Assembly (NCBI GenBank): GCA_018691345.1
Contig: JABGTJ010000112.1
Span: 242 to 64,241 of the forward strand
Direction: 5' to 3'
Length of the DNA stretch: 64,000 nt
DNA from: Methanobacteriota archaeon
GTDB taxonomy: Archaea > Thermoplasmatota > Poseidoniia > Poseidoniales > Poseidoniaceae
Below the pieces are notes generated by a model that searched no databases, had not been told where the DNA came from, and saw nothing but the letters and a program-made list of their open reading frames with translations. Position numbers and translations under genes: made by a program. The first letter of the stretch is position 1, and every line of letters starts with the position of its first letter. Positions 9,517 through 19,441 of the stretch are shown here, in pieces.

Positions 9517-10470
9517 GTGAGTGAGCACCTGTCACACAGCGCTCTTCTTGCTTGGTACGCTGAATCGAAGAGAGACTTACCGTGGCGACACACCGATGAC
9601 CCGTGGAAAATTCTTCTCTCTGAAATCCTCCTGCAACAAACTCAGGTGAGCAGGGGGATACATTACTGGCAGAAATTGGTGGAGCGATTTCCAACACCTC
9701 AATCAATGGCGGATGCTGAAGTTGACGAAGTTTTGCATCTCTGGCAGGGTGCAGGTTACTACAGTCGAGCCCGCCGTCTACACGCTCTTTCCATTCAGGT
9801 GTGCTTGTCAATTACGGAAGGTGGATACGACGGTAGTTTACCGCTGACTGCGCCTGAATTGCTTACCTTGCCCGGAGTTGGACCTTACACCGCTGCAGCC
9901 GTTGCCAGTATTGCCTACGGAGAACCCGTTGCGTGCGTTGATGGAAACATTCGACGTGTCATGGCTCGTCAATCAAAACGCCTTGATCCATCGCTGAAAG
10001 AAGTAGAAGCCTGGGCCAATAAAGTACTCTATCGAGACGATGCAGGTGATTGGAATCAAGCCCTCATGGAACTTGGAGCAACCGTTTGCACACCAAAGCG
10101 TCCACTGTGTGGGCAATGTCCAGTTTCCTCCTCATGTGCGGGAAAAAGTTCGCCTCTTCTCTTCCCTCAACCAAAGAAAACCAAGCGAAAGCGACTTGAC
10201 CTCAAATGCACCCTTCGTTTTGACGCAAACGGGTTGCCCGAATTAGTGCAGCGAGGCGATGATGGTATTCTTGCTGGAATGTGGGGTCCACCAATGGGTG
10301 ATGCCATCGATGTAACTGGTTTGGAATACGTTGGGATTGTGGAACACACGCTTTCTCATCGTGACATTTTTGTTGAAGTGTGGCATGGTTCATGTCCACG
10401 AGGTACAGAACCATCAACGGTGGCACTTTCCTCACTTGACCGAAAAATCCTAGCTTTAGGAGGGGAATAA
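9517..10470 (+). CDS. mutY: A/G-specific adenine glycosylase MutY
   Basis: RDLPWR, SEILLQQT, WQGAGYYSRARRL, HhH LPGVGPYTA, VDGNIRRV, NQALMELGATVCTPKRPLCGQCP Fe-S motif. Confidence 0.93.
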   Translation: MSEHLSHSALLAWYAESKRDLPWRHTDDPWKILLSEILLQQTQVSRGIHYWQKLVERFPTPQSMADAEVDEVLHLWQGAGYYSRARRLHALSIQVCLSITEGGYDGSLPLTAPELLTLPGVGPYTAAAVASIAYGEPVACVDGNIRRVMARQSKRLDPSLKEVEAWANKVLYRDDAGDWNQALMELGATVCTPKRPLCGQCPVSSSCAGKSSPLLFPQPKKTKRKRLDLKCTLRFDANGLPELVQRGDDGILAGMWGPPMGDAIDVTGLEYVGIVEHTLSHRDIFVEVWHGSCPRGTEPSTVALSSLDRKILALGGE

Positions 10471-11127
10471 ATGCATATTCTGGTTGTTGACCTACTCGCT
10501 GAACGCCAAGGATTTGGTCGCGCAGGAGTGGAAGAAATAACATCGTATTTCGACCAGCCACGAATCTCTTTGTGGTCACCGCATACTTCTCAGCGCGTTG
10601 ATTACGGTTTTGGCACTGTAGTGGATTCACCTGTTGAGGCCGACCTCATCGTCATTACTGGTTCGAACCATAATGTTTCGATGTGGGAACCATGGATGGA
10701 CGAAGTCGCACAACTCATTCGAGAGACTCAATCACCGATGATTGGGATTTGCTTCGGCCATCAAATCATTGCTGCAGCACTTGGAGGCAAGGTCATTCGA
10801 GCAGAACATCCATCTTCCTTTGTGGGTGATGTACAGTATACAGACGGGCAAACAGCAAGGGCCCTTTTCACCCATCAAGACCACGTGATTGATGCCGGTG
10901 AAATGGAGATCATCGGTTCCGCAGAACATTGCCCGATTGCAGTCTGCCGTCATGCGAATCGACCGATTCTTTCCGTACAATACCATCCTGAAGCAGTTGC
11001 CCGTGTGTTAGAACAAGCGTTGCACTTCGGCGAGATGTCACCATATGAACGCCAGCAGTATCAAATGGATGATTCATTGATTAACACGGCCGATGCGTTG
11101 CTGCGACCGATTGGAATCGTTGATTAA
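10471..11127 (+). CDS. Class I glutamine amidotransferase-like protein
   Basis: ITGS, GICFGHQ (catalytic Cys) and QYHPE (His-Glu) triad motifs. Confidence 0.88.
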   Translation: MHILVVDLLAERQGFGRAGVEEITSYFDQPRISLWSPHTSQRVDYGFGTVVDSPVEADLIVITGSNHNVSMWEPWMDEVAQLIRETQSPMIGICFGHQIIAAALGGKVIRAEHPSSFVGDVQYTDGQTARALFTHQDHVIDAGEMEIIGSAEHCPIAVCRHANRPILSVQYHPEAVARVLEQALHFGEMSPYERQQYQMDDSLINTADALLRPIGIVD

Positions 11128-11822
11128 TTCCTTTGGAAATCTCTACCAATCGAAGCAAGCGTGACCATCAAGCCTACGATGAGGAGGTATTCGGCGGGTG
11201 CTGCAATGTTTATGGCAGGTTGAATTTGGTTAAGTATCTCGAATTGGGGGTTTTGAAGACTCAAACTCTCTCTTTTCCAGAAGACATATACTCCCACCGA
11301 GAGGTTCATGACAAGAATTCCAAGGCCGGTCATCCACAATCCAGCTTTGCGTAGTTTTGAGTCGGGGGATGCATCGTTTGAATGCATTTTATGCATTGAT
11401 GCTCCCCAAACAAACCCGCCAAAAAACACGAGAATTGTCGTGATGATGTGGAGCACGAGTGCATCGTATATGCTTGCAAAAGCGAGGACAGACAGCGATA
11501 GGCCCGATAAGATGCCAGAAGAAAGCGATATCCTGTTCCATTTGGAATCTTGTTCTTCAACCATGAGGCTAAATCGGTACGCAAGAATACAAATTACAAG
11601 GCCCGTTATTGCTAAACCAGTGGTGAATACCACGCTCTGAGGTCCCGGATAATCCGATTCCGATACAAAGAAGGGGATTGCTCTGGCATTGCCGCTGAAT
11701 GCGTGAATCGACATGGAGGTCATGACAGTCGTAAGGGGGAGAAGCCATCCAAGTCGAATGAGCATTGAATCGGCTAATTCGATTCCAGCGATTTTAATCC
11801 CGTTTTTCGTATTCAAACTCAC
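11124..11822 (-). CDS. Polytopic membrane protein (Frag1/DRAM/Sfk1- or DUF998-like)
   Basis: About 6 hydrophobic segments; FFVSESDYPGPQS resembles the DRAM/Sfk1 PYISD-type loop; conserved His in LVLHII and Glu in AEY. Confidence 0.65.
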   Translation of the reverse strand: MSLNTKNGIKIAGIELADSMLIRLGWLLPLTTVMTSMSIHAFSGNARAIPFFVSESDYPGPQSVVFTTGLAITGLVICILAYRFSLMVEEQDSKWNRISLSSGILSGLSLSVLAFASIYDALVLHIITTILVFFGGFVWGASMHKMHSNDASPDSKLRKAGLWMTGLGILVMNLSVGVYVFWKRESLSLQNPQFEILNQIQPAINIAAPAEYLLIVGLMVTLASIGRDFQRN

Positions 11823-12850
11823 TGTAAGAATTCCTCCACAGTATCTTGAATACAGGTTTCAAATGATTCCCACTCGATTCCGAGGACGTCCGTTGCCTTC
11901 TTTGATGAGAAATCAGCATCGCCTTGGAAATAGCCTTTGACAGCTTTGCGGGTCATGCGGCGTTGTGCTCCAAATAGACCCATCAGCCAATCCTGAAACA
12001 CGACGATGAACATCAGGGAACGGGGAATTGCTCTACGAGATGCCTTGGTATGTGGGTATTGATTTTTAATCGCCTTGCAGACTTCGGCAATGGTTTTATT
12101 TTTGTGCGGTGCTACGATGAATCTCCCTTCTGCTTCTTCGATTTCATAGGCAAGTCGGTGGGCTTTTGCCACATCGCGGACGTGGACAATTGGAATTGGT
12201 ATTTTTGGAACAACAGGGAACTTGCCTGCCATGGCATCGGGGAAGTAGTCGACGCTTGGTGTCGGTTTGACAAATCCGCCTCCCAATACGCCTCCTGGAT
12301 TGATGACTCGTAAATCGAGCCCGAATTGTTCTGCCAACTCCCAAGCCCGCTTTTCGGATTCAGTTTTGGCGATGGTGTAAGGTGAGAAACTTCCGTTTTG
12401 CCAATCTTCTTCGGTCTTTTCACGGCCTTTGGGTGTGCTTCCAATCGCAGCTACACTCGAGGTGTAGATGATGCGAGGAATTTTTGCTTCATGGGCAGCA
12501 TGAAGTAAATGCGTAGTTCCTTTCACGGCCGTATCGATGATGATGTCTGCCTTGTCCGAGTTTGAATAGACTGTGGCGGTATGGAACAGTGCGTCGCAAC
12601 CAGTAATCGCCTCTGTCCATCCATCCGCATCCAGAACATCGGCTTGAATCAATTCCAATTGCGTTTCACAGTTCAAATCAATGGCATGTTGTCGAACATG
12701 GTCGACCTTCGACGGATCATCTAAATCTCGAACGGTTCCGATGACGTGGTATCCATGTTCAAGTAAATCTCGAACAATGTTGTTACCCACGTGGCCGTTA
12801 ACTCCAGTGACAAAAATCTTCTTTGACGGCATTGGCTTGAGTCCAACCAT
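11819..12850 (-). CDS. NAD-dependent epimerase/dehydratase (dihydroflavonol reductase-like extended SDR)
   Basis: VTGVNGHVG Rossmann motif, YTSSVAA, YTIAK (YxxxK), VHVRDVA. Confidence 0.9.
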   Translation of the reverse strand: MVGLKPMPSKKIFVTGVNGHVGNNIVRDLLEHGYHVIGTVRDLDDPSKVDHVRQHAIDLNCETQLELIQADVLDADGWTEAITGCDALFHTATVYSNSDKADIIIDTAVKGTTHLLHAAHEAKIPRIIYTSSVAAIGSTPKGREKTEEDWQNGSFSPYTIAKTESEKRAWELAEQFGLDLRVINPGGVLGGGFVKPTPSVDYFPDAMAGKFPVVPKIPIPIVHVRDVAKAHRLAYEIEEAEGRFIVAPHKNKTIAEVCKAIKNQYPHTKASRRAIPRSLMFIVVFQDWLMGLFGAQRRMTRKAVKGYFQGDADFSSKKATDVLGIEWESFETCIQDTVEEFLQ

Positions 12851-12916
12851 GTACCTCGGACAAGAGATTTGAACTTAACTTTGAAGTGAGGTTGTTCACA
12901 CCGTAGGTTGAATCAC

Positions 12917-14407
12917 ATGCCAATTCGCTTGCACGACACTCGAAGGAGAGACAAAGTCGAATTCTCGACTATGGAACCAGGGAAAGTTTCGATGTATGTG
13001 TGCGGAGTGACCGTTTATGACCGATGTCACCTCGGGCATGCGCGTTGTTACCTCGCTTTTGATTTGATTCATCGTTGGCTTGAAAAATCAGGATACGATG
13101 TTCATTATGTTCAAAATTTTACCGATATTGATGATAAAATTATTCAAAGAGCCAATGAGACGGGCGGCGATTGGAAAGCGTTGGTGGATGAGAACATTGC
13201 AACCTACTACGAAGATATGGATGCGTTGAATATTCTTCGAGCCGATGATTATCCTCGCTGTACAGATTACGTCGACGACATGATTCGTATCACGCAAGAC
13301 CTCATCGACAAAGGACACGCCTACCAAACCGATGAGGGCGTCTACTTCCATATCGATTCGGCACCTGAGAAATACGGCGCACTCACCGGTCAGAACATCG
13401 AAGCAGTTCGTTCGGGCGCCGGTGGCAGAGTTGGAGCCACTGGTTCAGCAAAGAAAGATCACAAGGACTTCGCTTTGTGGAAGGCGGCCAAACCCGATGA
13501 GCCTACTTGGGATTCTCCATGGGGCCCGGGCCGGCCGGGATGGCACATCGAATGTACCGCCATGTCAATGGATTACTTTGGCGCACAATTTGACATTCAT
13601 GGAGGCGGGCACGATTTACGATTCCCTCACCACGAGGCAGAGATTTTCCAAGGGGAATGTCACACGGGCTGCAGTCCCGTTGTTCACCATTGGTTACACA
13701 ATGGTTTTGTCAACATCGATGGAGAAAAAATGAGTAAATCATTGGGTAATTTCTGGACCATTCGAGATATTTTAGAGAAAGTTGATGCTATGGTACTTCG
13801 ATTCTCACTCATCAACGCTCACTACCGCTCTCCAATCGACATGAACGAGACCATACTCAAAGATGCAGAAAGAAATTACAACCGTTTGTTGGAAACATAC
13901 GTGAGCGTTTTGAAAGTTTCATCGAGTTCCCCAAATCCAGTCGACCTTCCTCATGCTGACATCACGAGCCAGCAACCCCTTTCCCGTTCATTGGGACTTC
14001 TTGAGAAGATGGGTGAAGGTTTTGCTCAAGCCATGGATGATGATTTCAACAGCCGTGATGCCATTGGTAAAGTCCTCGGCGCCGTACGGCAAATGACGAA
14101 AACGATGGACAGCGGTCTAGATCAAACGGACCGACACGCGTTTTCTCACTATGCCGTCGATTGGTTGGAAGAAACTGCAGGAGCAGTGCTCGGTGTGCTC
14201 CCTACACGGGAGATGGCACTCGCAGAACCTGTAGAAGACCCTCGAAGGGCAGAGGTCGCTGACCAGGTTGAACGGTTACTTATCGCCAGAACAGAAGCAC
14301 GTTCGTCCAAAGATTGGGGGAAAGCTGATGAGATTCGAGACCAACTCAAGTCGATGGGCGTAGTTGTCACTGACACACCTGAAGGCCCGTCATGGGCGCT
14401 TGAGTGA
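12917..14407 (+). CDS. cysS: Cysteine--tRNA ligase
   Basis: MYVCGVTVYD, HLGH, DFALWK, GRPGWHIEC, DIHGGGHDLRFPHHE, KMSKS. Confidence 0.97.
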   Translation: MPIRLHDTRRRDKVEFSTMEPGKVSMYVCGVTVYDRCHLGHARCYLAFDLIHRWLEKSGYDVHYVQNFTDIDDKIIQRANETGGDWKALVDENIATYYEDMDALNILRADDYPRCTDYVDDMIRITQDLIDKGHAYQTDEGVYFHIDSAPEKYGALTGQNIEAVRSGAGGRVGATGSAKKDHKDFALWKAAKPDEPTWDSPWGPGRPGWHIECTAMSMDYFGAQFDIHGGGHDLRFPHHEAEIFQGECHTGCSPVVHHWLHNGFVNIDGEKMSKSLGNFWTIRDILEKVDAMVLRFSLINAHYRSPIDMNETILKDAERNYNRLLETYVSVLKVSSSSPNPVDLPHADITSQQPLSRSLGLLEKMGEGFAQAMDDDFNSRDAIGKVLGAVRQMTKTMDSGLDQTDRHAFSHYAVDWLEETAGAVLGVLPTREMALAEPVEDPRRAEVADQVERLLIARTEARSSKDWGKADEIRDQLKSMGVVVTDTPEGPSWALE

Positions 14408-14410
14408 ACT

Positions 14411-17101
14411 TCACTCTTCTTCGCTTCCAGACCAAAACGGTGCTGCATCTGCAGGCGGTGGTGCTGGTACAAATCCGGTTTCTTTGGTTACAGTCTTGGT
14501 TGCACCGTCGAGTGAATCATCGTCCCACATCTTCTCAATGAGAGCCTCTTGATTCAAATTAAGTTCGTCGCCTCCATTCCGGCTGAGGAAAAATAATCCG
14601 CCTGCTAGAACGGCAAACACCCCGATGAGGAGGTATTTTGCGTTGCTTTCATCTGAATCACCTGAGGTCGAATCAGCTGTCGTATCACCCGAATTATCGG
14701 TAGAGTCTGTGTTGTCAGTTACGTCGGTGTTTCCGGTATTATCGGTGTTGTCGGTTCCGTCGGTGTTTCCGGTATCATCCGTGTTGGCGTCGTTGCCACC
14801 GGTGTTCCCGTTGTTGCCACCGGTGTTTCCGTCGTTGCCGCCGGTGTTTGCCGGGTCGGTTGTCAAATCCACGTTGACACCATTCCGGTCTCCGTCTGCG
14901 TCCATTGAGATGTCGTAGTAAGCGTAGAGTTTGGACAGGTCAATGTGGGTGTTCGCCCATGAGGAGCGGTTGATGACGTCAAAATAACGTTCATCTCCAG
15001 TGGTGAAAATTGGGTCAACGGTGACGCTCTTCAACTGAGAAACTCCAGTGTTAGCTGCGTTCTTTCCGTCAAATTCTGTGTCGAGGTATGCTTGAACATC
15101 AGCATCGGTTTCCCAGGCGACGTTATCGGGCGCAGACCAGTGTTGGCGAATGTCTGAGACATCGTTTCGCATAGCCATGGCCATGCCGGATTCGATGCTT
15201 TCCCATGTTTGAGAGCCGTCGACTTCAGACAATGAAGTGACGTCAATAGCCTTTGAGACACCGCCGCCGTTGATTGGCTCCCAATCGTCTTGGTTGATGG
15301 TGGTCATGATATCGGTGTCTCCAAAGACAGCCTTTCCTTGAACAACGGTCAGTCGTACATCCGCATCAATCGCTTCAATCAAGTTTCGGTAAGGGTCGTC
15401 GTGGAAGGTATCCATGACAACAAGATCAGCGTACATTCCTGCCTTGAGTTGTCCAACAAAGGGATCCCAATTTGCTGCTTTAGCGGGGTTGCTGGTGACC
15501 ATTGCAGCCAGTTCATAGTTTGTGAAATATGAATCCATGACTTCTTGATTCCACAGGTCAGCCACTTTGAGTTCATGCAGGTTGTTCTTCGAACCGCTTG
15601 GACCCCAGTCTGGCGCTAGAGATATGGTGACGCCTGCAGCATCTGCGGCCCGGACATTGGTCGTGTTACCGTAAAGGAGGAGGTTTGAAATTGGCGACCA
15701 TACCAAATCTGCTCCGACGGTTGCCATCTTGTCGAATTGAGGGCGGTCAAGTGCAGTCCCGTGAATGACAACGGTTTCATCCATGATGAGTCCCTTGTTC
15801 CAAAGAGCGTCAAATTCGGACTTACTGCTGCTGTCCACACCTTCCGCCAAATGCACGAACCAAGCGTTCAATGAGCCTGATTGATTTTGAGAAATCAGAT
15901 GGCTTCCAGTGTAGTCGTCATCAGCAGCACCGCACACAGCACAGGTTGAGATGCCATCTTGTCCGAAGTTGTACAATTCGACGTTGCGAGCCAACATGCT
16001 GTCCCATGCGGATGTTCCTGAACCTGGTGAGCCTTGAATTGCAGTCACGCCACCTGCTACGGCTTGTACTTCTGCATACTTCATTTGTTCACTTGCCATT
16101 CCCCAACGGCTGTTTTGTTGAATGTTGTTTTTCATCCAAGTGATACTTGGGCCGTAATCGTAGTTGTTGCCCCATTGGTATCGGTTGGTGTATCCACCTT
16201 CGTCTGAGCGTTGACTTTCACTCAAATGGACATTGAAGTCCCACAGTGGGATGTGGTTGTAGTGGACGTGATTATGCAAGTCAATAAGTCCAGGGTAGAT
16301 TGTGCCGTTGGTTTCGATAATGACTGCGTTGGTAAGGTCTGCATTGACCGGGACAGAGGAACTCGATGACCAAACTGCTTCGATCATACCATCTCGGACC
16401 AAGACATTGCCTTGGTTCATAACGCTGTTTTCACTTTCCATGGTGACGACACGCCCTTTGAGAATGAATGCATCGGAACCTGCTTCTGGAACTCTGTAAC
16501 AATTGACGATGTTCAGTGCAACGGTTGAATCTGGATCGTTTGGACCCCATCCAGGCGATGGGTCAACTTCCACGGCATTGCCAGAGGAATCAATCTCAAT
16601 CGAGTTGCCGTAAAATCCGAATTCTTTTGGAATCGTCATTGAGTTCGCAAGTGTGTTTGAGGTGTCGGTAATCGAAACAGTTTCTTCGTCAAAATAACTC
16701 AGGACGATGTCGGAATCCGCACTGAATACAACGATTCTTTGGTCGGGGTCAATGACGGTATTCCAGGCGAGTTGGCAAGGCGGACTGCCCGAGGTTGAAC
16801 TGAGTACCCAATCCGATACATTCACTGGGGATGAACCGGTGTTCCATATTTCGATAAATTGGTCGGAATACTTGCCATAGTCTCCATCGTTGTTCCAATC
16901 AACAGCGTTGTAGATGTTCGCATTGGTAGCGTTGGATTTCAGTTGGTTTGGGCTTCTGAAGAGTTCAGATACGACAATGTCGGAATTTCGGGCATCAACT
17001 TCGGCGATATTCATCGGTTCAAAGGGTCCCGGAGTCGAAGGAATCAGTGGTGCAAGGAACAGAACGAGAACAAGAAGCGTCGTCAGTTGGGCTAGGCGCA
17101 T
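14411..17101 (-). CDS. Secreted, C-terminally anchored metal-dependent amidohydrolase with an N-terminal lamin-tail-like domain
   Basis: Signal peptide; LTD-like VSELF...DQFIEIWNTGSSPVNVSDWVL; amidohydrolase motifs PGLIDLHNH, HLAEG, IHGT, LAPDW, GQLKAGMYADLVV; Asn/Thr/Asp/Gly linker, then a TM helix. Confidence 0.85.
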   Translation of the reverse strand: MRLAQLTTLLVLVLFLAPLIPSTPGPFEPMNIAEVDARNSDIVVSELFRSPNQLKSNATNANIYNAVDWNNDGDYGKYSDQFIEIWNTGSSPVNVSDWVLSSTSGSPPCQLAWNTVIDPDQRIVVFSADSDIVLSYFDEETVSITDTSNTLANSMTIPKEFGFYGNSIEIDSSGNAVEVDPSPGWGPNDPDSTVALNIVNCYRVPEAGSDAFILKGRVVTMESENSVMNQGNVLVRDGMIEAVWSSSSSVPVNADLTNAVIIETNGTIYPGLIDLHNHVHYNHIPLWDFNVHLSESQRSDEGGYTNRYQWGNNYDYGPSITWMKNNIQQNSRWGMASEQMKYAEVQAVAGGVTAIQGSPGSGTSAWDSMLARNVELYNFGQDGISTCAVCGAADDDYTGSHLISQNQSGSLNAWFVHLAEGVDSSSKSEFDALWNKGLIMDETVVIHGTALDRPQFDKMATVGADLVWSPISNLLLYGNTTNVRAADAAGVTISLAPDWGPSGSKNNLHELKVADLWNQEVMDSYFTNYELAAMVTSNPAKAANWDPFVGQLKAGMYADLVVMDTFHDDPYRNLIEAIDADVRLTVVQGKAVFGDTDIMTTINQDDWEPINGGGVSKAIDVTSLSEVDGSQTWESIESGMAMAMRNDVSDIRQHWSAPDNVAWETDADVQAYLDTEFDGKNAANTGVSQLKSVTVDPIFTTGDERYFDVINRSSWANTHIDLSKLYAYYDISMDADGDRNGVNVDLTTDPANTGGNDGNTGGNNGNTGGNDANTDDTGNTDGTDNTDNTGNTDVTDNTDSTDNSGDTTADSTSGDSDESNAKYLLIGVFAVLAGGLFFLSRNGGDELNLNQEALIEKMWDDDSLDGATKTVTKETGFVPAPPPADAAPFWSGSEEE
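14788..14850. repeat. 3 x 21-bp imperfect tandem repeat encoding NTGGN(D/N)G within a low-complexity linker
   Basis: cgtcgttgccaccggtgttcc / cgttgttgccaccggtgtttc / cgtcgttgccgccggtgtttg; adjacent TDNT-type degenerate repeats extend to about 14690. Confidence 0.8.
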
Positions 17102-17191
17102 ACATTGGCGTTCCGCAGTGAGCACATGAACTCGTCGCTTTGATGGCTTGGAACAAATATGTTGAAATAGCGCCGATTTTAGAAAGATAAT

Positions 17192-17575
17192 ATGGCCACA
17201 GTAGAGATTTTAGAACCAAACTTTTCCGACATCATCGACAATAATTCACTGGTACTGCTCGACTTTTGGGCGGAATGGTGCGGGCCTTGCAAAGCCTATG
17301 GACCGGTTTATGAGCGAGTGTCAGAGGAGTTCCCGGACGTCGTTTTTGGTAAAATCGATACTGAAGCTGAACCCATGCTCGCTCAATCGTTTAACATTCG
17401 TTCGATTCCAACTACGGTTGCTTTCAAAGACGGAATCGGCGTTTTCATGCAACCAGGGGCTCTTCCAGAAGATGCTCTGCGCGACTTGGTGGTCAAACTT
17501 GGAGAATTGGACATGGATGAAGTCCGTGCCGAAATGGAAGCACAAAAATCTGCACAAGATGCAGAATCCGAGTGA
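17192..17575 (+). CDS. trxA: Thioredoxin
   Basis: DFWAEWCGPCK active site, IRSIPT, QPGALP. Confidence 0.95.
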   Translation: MATVEILEPNFSDIIDNNSLVLLDFWAEWCGPCKAYGPVYERVSEEFPDVVFGKIDTEAEPMLAQSFNIRSIPTTVAFKDGIGVFMQPGALPEDALRDLVVKLGELDMDEVRAEMEAQKSAQDAESE

Positions 17576-17632
17576 TTCCAGCCGATTCAAACAGCCGGTG
17601 TGTTCAAGAAACATACCCTGTCCCGTTGTACT

Positions 17633-19441
17633 ATGAACTTCCGACCGTGGCTGATTTTGTTCGTTATGACGACCACCAGTTTGTCCGGATGTTTCGGCGA
17701 ACAGCAGATTGACGAAGGTGGCATAGAGACATCCTACGATGTTTATCCCGAGCCATGGGAACGCACTCAGATGCAGTACGATGATACAGATATTTATTCC
17801 CGTGTAACGCAAAACGGCTCATACTCCATCGATACGGTACAGTCGGTCTACGTTGCAGTTCCAAGCATTACCGCTGCGGACGGTGGCTCAGGCTTGACCG
17901 GCGGCGCTGAAGTACACCTCGGACTTTGGATGCCGGTGATTGAAGGCTGCGATTGGACAGCAGCTAACCTTTCAGCGGAATGTCAAGTCCCAGTGATCGC
18001 TGAAGTTGGACCGTACTACAACGACGGAGATGTTGACGCTCTCACTCCAGCCGACCGACTTGGTAAGTTCCTCATCGAGAACTATGTGCCTCACGGATAC
18101 GGAGTTGCACAAGTTTCAGTGTTCGGCACCGGTGAATCAAACCACTGCATGGACCTCATGGGGACCGATGAGCAACGCGGAATAGATGCTGCTGTGACGT
18201 GGCTTGGAACTCAACCATGGTCCAACGGTAAAGTCGGAATGATTGGAAAATCATACGATGGCTCCACACCTTGGCAGGCCGCTACGTTCGGCAATCCTCA
18301 TCTTGCTACCATCGTCCCTATGTCCGGTCTCATTGGAGTCCACGAACTCATGTGGCGTAACGGAAGTATGGAAGCGCGTGGCATGATTATGCACAACGGC
18401 GTATACGGCTCTTTTGGCGTAGACGGTGATGCAGAAGATCCAGAGAATCTCTGTGAAGGCTATCTTGAAGGCTACGTCAATGGACCAGCAGCATATCTTT
18501 CTGGCGGTATGGTCGACTATGCAGGCAATACCTACTGGACTGAACGTTCGTTCCTTGACCGAGTTGTCGAGAACTATCAAGGTTCGATTTACATCATCCA
18601 AGGCATGCAAGATTGGAACGTCGATCCGCACATGGCTTTCCCGACGCACCAATTGGTCGAAGCAGCCGGAATTGAAACCAAAACGCTCGCAGGACAATGG
18701 GCCCATGATTATCCAGACCGGAAATCGGGGCATGAGGCTCTTCCATCCGGTGAAGGTGCTGAGGCTTACCCATACACATTACGCTGGGATTGGGCCGATG
18801 AAATGCTCTACTGGTTTGACTGGTACCTCAAGGGCGAGGGCCGTGCTCCGACCTTGGGAGTTGAAATGCAAGACAACCGAGGTGGTTGGAGATTTGAAAC
18901 CACTTATCCGGCTGAGGATACATTCTACATGGAAATCGGTGCTGCTGACATGAACCCAAGCGGTGCTTCGATGGTTACGACTACAGAAACCATCACCCTT
19001 TCTTACGGTCCTTTTGAAGAGGATGTTTACATCGCTGGTATGCCAACGTTCCACATTCCAATCACCACACACACAACCAACGGCGCTCATGCTTATCTGG
19101 AAATGAGCGATGAATCTGGAATGCGTCTTGGACATGCAGTCATGGATTTCCGATTCGCTGACGGTGGTCGTGATGGTGATGTTGCACTCGGTGCATTTGT
19201 TTCGGTGACTGGGCTAATGGAATTCATGCCAATGGATATCTTCCTCTCGGCCGGTGAATCCATCCAAATCACCATGTCCCAAACTGGTCAAGACTACGTT
19301 CCTTCGCCAGGCGCGCTTGGTGGTTATTCAGTAAATTGGGCTGGAGCAACGCTCACCTTGCCGTTGGTAAACCGGACATGTGCTGACCTTTTCCAAGCTC
19401 CAATGCACGAGTATTCGATGGATGCAGCGCGTTTGTGCTGA
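17633..19441 (+). CDS. CocE/NonD family hydrolase (X-Pro dipeptidyl-peptidase S15-like), putative lipoprotein
   Basis: LSGC lipobox-like signal, GTGESNHC, WSNGKVGMIGKSYDG nucleophile motif, DWNV, GQWAH. Confidence 0.9.
   Translation: MNFRPWLILFVMTTTSLSGCFGEQQIDEGGIETSYDVYPEPWERTQMQYDDTDIYSRVTQNGSYSIDTVQSVYVAVPSITAADGGSGLTGGAEVHLGLWMPVIEGCDWTAANLSAECQVPVIAEVGPYYNDGDVDALTPADRLGKFLIENYVPHGYGVAQVSVFGTGESNHCMDLMGTDEQRGIDAAVTWLGTQPWSNGKVGMIGKSYDGSTPWQAATFGNPHLATIVPMSGLIGVHELMWRNGSMEARGMIMHNGVYGSFGVDGDAEDPENLCEGYLEGYVNGPAAYLSGGMVDYAGNTYWTERSFLDRVVENYQGSIYIIQGMQDWNVDPHMAFPTHQLVEAAGIETKTLAGQWAHDYPDRKSGHEALPSGEGAEAYPYTLRWDWADEMLYWFDWYLKGEGRAPTLGVEMQDNRGGWRFETTYPAEDTFYMEIGAADMNPSGASMVTTTETITLSYGPFEEDVYIAGMPTFHIPITTHTTNGAHAYLEMSDESGMRLGHAVMDFRFADGGRDGDVALGAFVSVTGLMEFMPMDIFLSAGESIQITMSQTGQDYVPSPGALGGYSVNWAGATLTLPLVNRTCADLFQAPMHEYSMDAARLC

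Noticed and set aside
14690..14850. Short direct repeats as a possible CRISPR array or mobile-element end
   Set aside because: They are in-frame coding repeats with no unique spacers, and no cas or transposase genes are nearby.
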